This document shows positions 63,494-64,000 of a DNA stretch of 64,000 nucleotides, one piece after another; position 1 is the stretch's first letter, and each line of letters starts with the position of its first letter. The notes under the pieces are model-generated. The model searched no databases, was not told the origin of the DNA, and worked only from the letters and a program-made list of their open reading frames with translations. A program made the translations under genes and the position numbers. This stretch comes from Halobacteriales archaeon QS_8_69_26 (GTDB taxonomy: Archaea > Halobacteriota > Halobacteria > Halobacteriales > SW-7-71-33), in NCBI GenBank assembly GCA_003023195.1, contig PXRX01000022.1:14041-78040 (forward strand). The letters run 5' to 3'.

Positions 63494-63775
63494 CGTTCCA
63501 CACGGAGCTTGCACGTTGGCCCATACAATACTTTTTGAAAATTGAGCATCACTTTTGTGGTGGACTCCCGACCTGCCCGGGGTTTGTCGGATCCCCCCTT
63601 CGGCCGGATCCGGCGACGCCATCGGCACGACCCGGGCATCTCCCGCGCGCCGGATCACTTCAGCCGGCCCGGGTAACTCCCCGCGCCGGATCGGTTCACC
63701 CGGACCCCAGTTTGGAATCGAGGACAATTTTTAAGTGCTCAATTTCAGAACTCTGGATCGTAGAGGGTTGTTACC

Positions 63776-64000
63776 ATGGTTCAGGTATTATGGCTCGTCG
63801 TGATGGTATTGGTCACGTTCAGCATCGGGTATCTCGGCTATTCGAGGTACCTGGCGCAGTTCGTCGAACTCGACGAGGAACGGGAGACGCCAGCCCACAA
63901 GTACGAGGACGGCCAGGAGTACGTACCCTCGAAGAAGCCAGTTCTCCTGGGACACCACTACGCGAGCATCGCTGGCGGTGCGCCGATCGTCGGTCCGATC
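63776..64000 (+). CDS. cstA: carbon starvation protein A (CstA), N-terminal part; the CDS runs off the window
   Basis: MVQVLWLVVMVLVTFSIGYLGYSRYLAQFV...PVLLGHHYASIAGGAPIVGPI is the conserved CstA N-terminus. Confidence 0.8.
   Translation, partial: MVQVLWLVVMVLVTFSIGYLGYSRYLAQFVELDEERETPAHKYEDGQEYVPSKKPVLLGHHYASIAGGAPIVGPI

Overview
High-GC (roughly two-thirds G+C) haloarchaeal (class Halobacteria-like) chromosomal segment. The evidence is strongly acidic predicted proteins, a PGF-CTERM surface protein, lipobox/Tat-type signal peptides, and TATA-like boxes about 25 nt upstream of start codons (leaderless-style). I support about 60 protein genes, almost all housekeeping or transport. They include hemA, cofG, deoC, ABCE1, an ArsA/Get3-like ATPase, thiolase, acyl-CoA synthetase, aldehyde:ferredoxin oxidoreductase, a 5-gene Dpp/Opp-type ABC operon, an ABC-2-type exporter, a cation/proton antiporter with RCK domains, and a 7TM-PAS histidine kinase. 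There are two tRNA genes: Ile-GAU at 10170..10243 and Pro-UGG at 14228..14300. One low-GC, TnpB-only IS200/IS605 (IS1341-group) element lies at about 11.77-13.13 kb. I did not find a convincing novel multi-gene system (no CRISPR array, no recognisable defence operon). The unusual points are: (1) a Dpp/Opp-type ABC ATPase with an in-frame insertion of about 120 aa predicted to form about 4 TM helices inside the nucleotide-binding domain; (2) degenerate tandem copies of the tRNA-Ile 3' end plus hairpins, which an upstream SHOCT gene reads through; (3) short tandem repeats with GATC-containing cores immediately 3' of many genes, three unrelated loci sharing an exact 34-bp period and two of them re-duplicating the stop-codon region; (4) four genes broken by frameshifts or short internal deletions (methyltransferase, SLC13 permease, AAA ATPase lacking Walker B, uridine phosphorylase); (5) a conserved AT-rich motif of about 22 nt present twice between convergent genes; (6) a single TATA box placed symmetrically between two divergent start codons. 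All functional calls come from motif and family recognition by eye; no searches were run.
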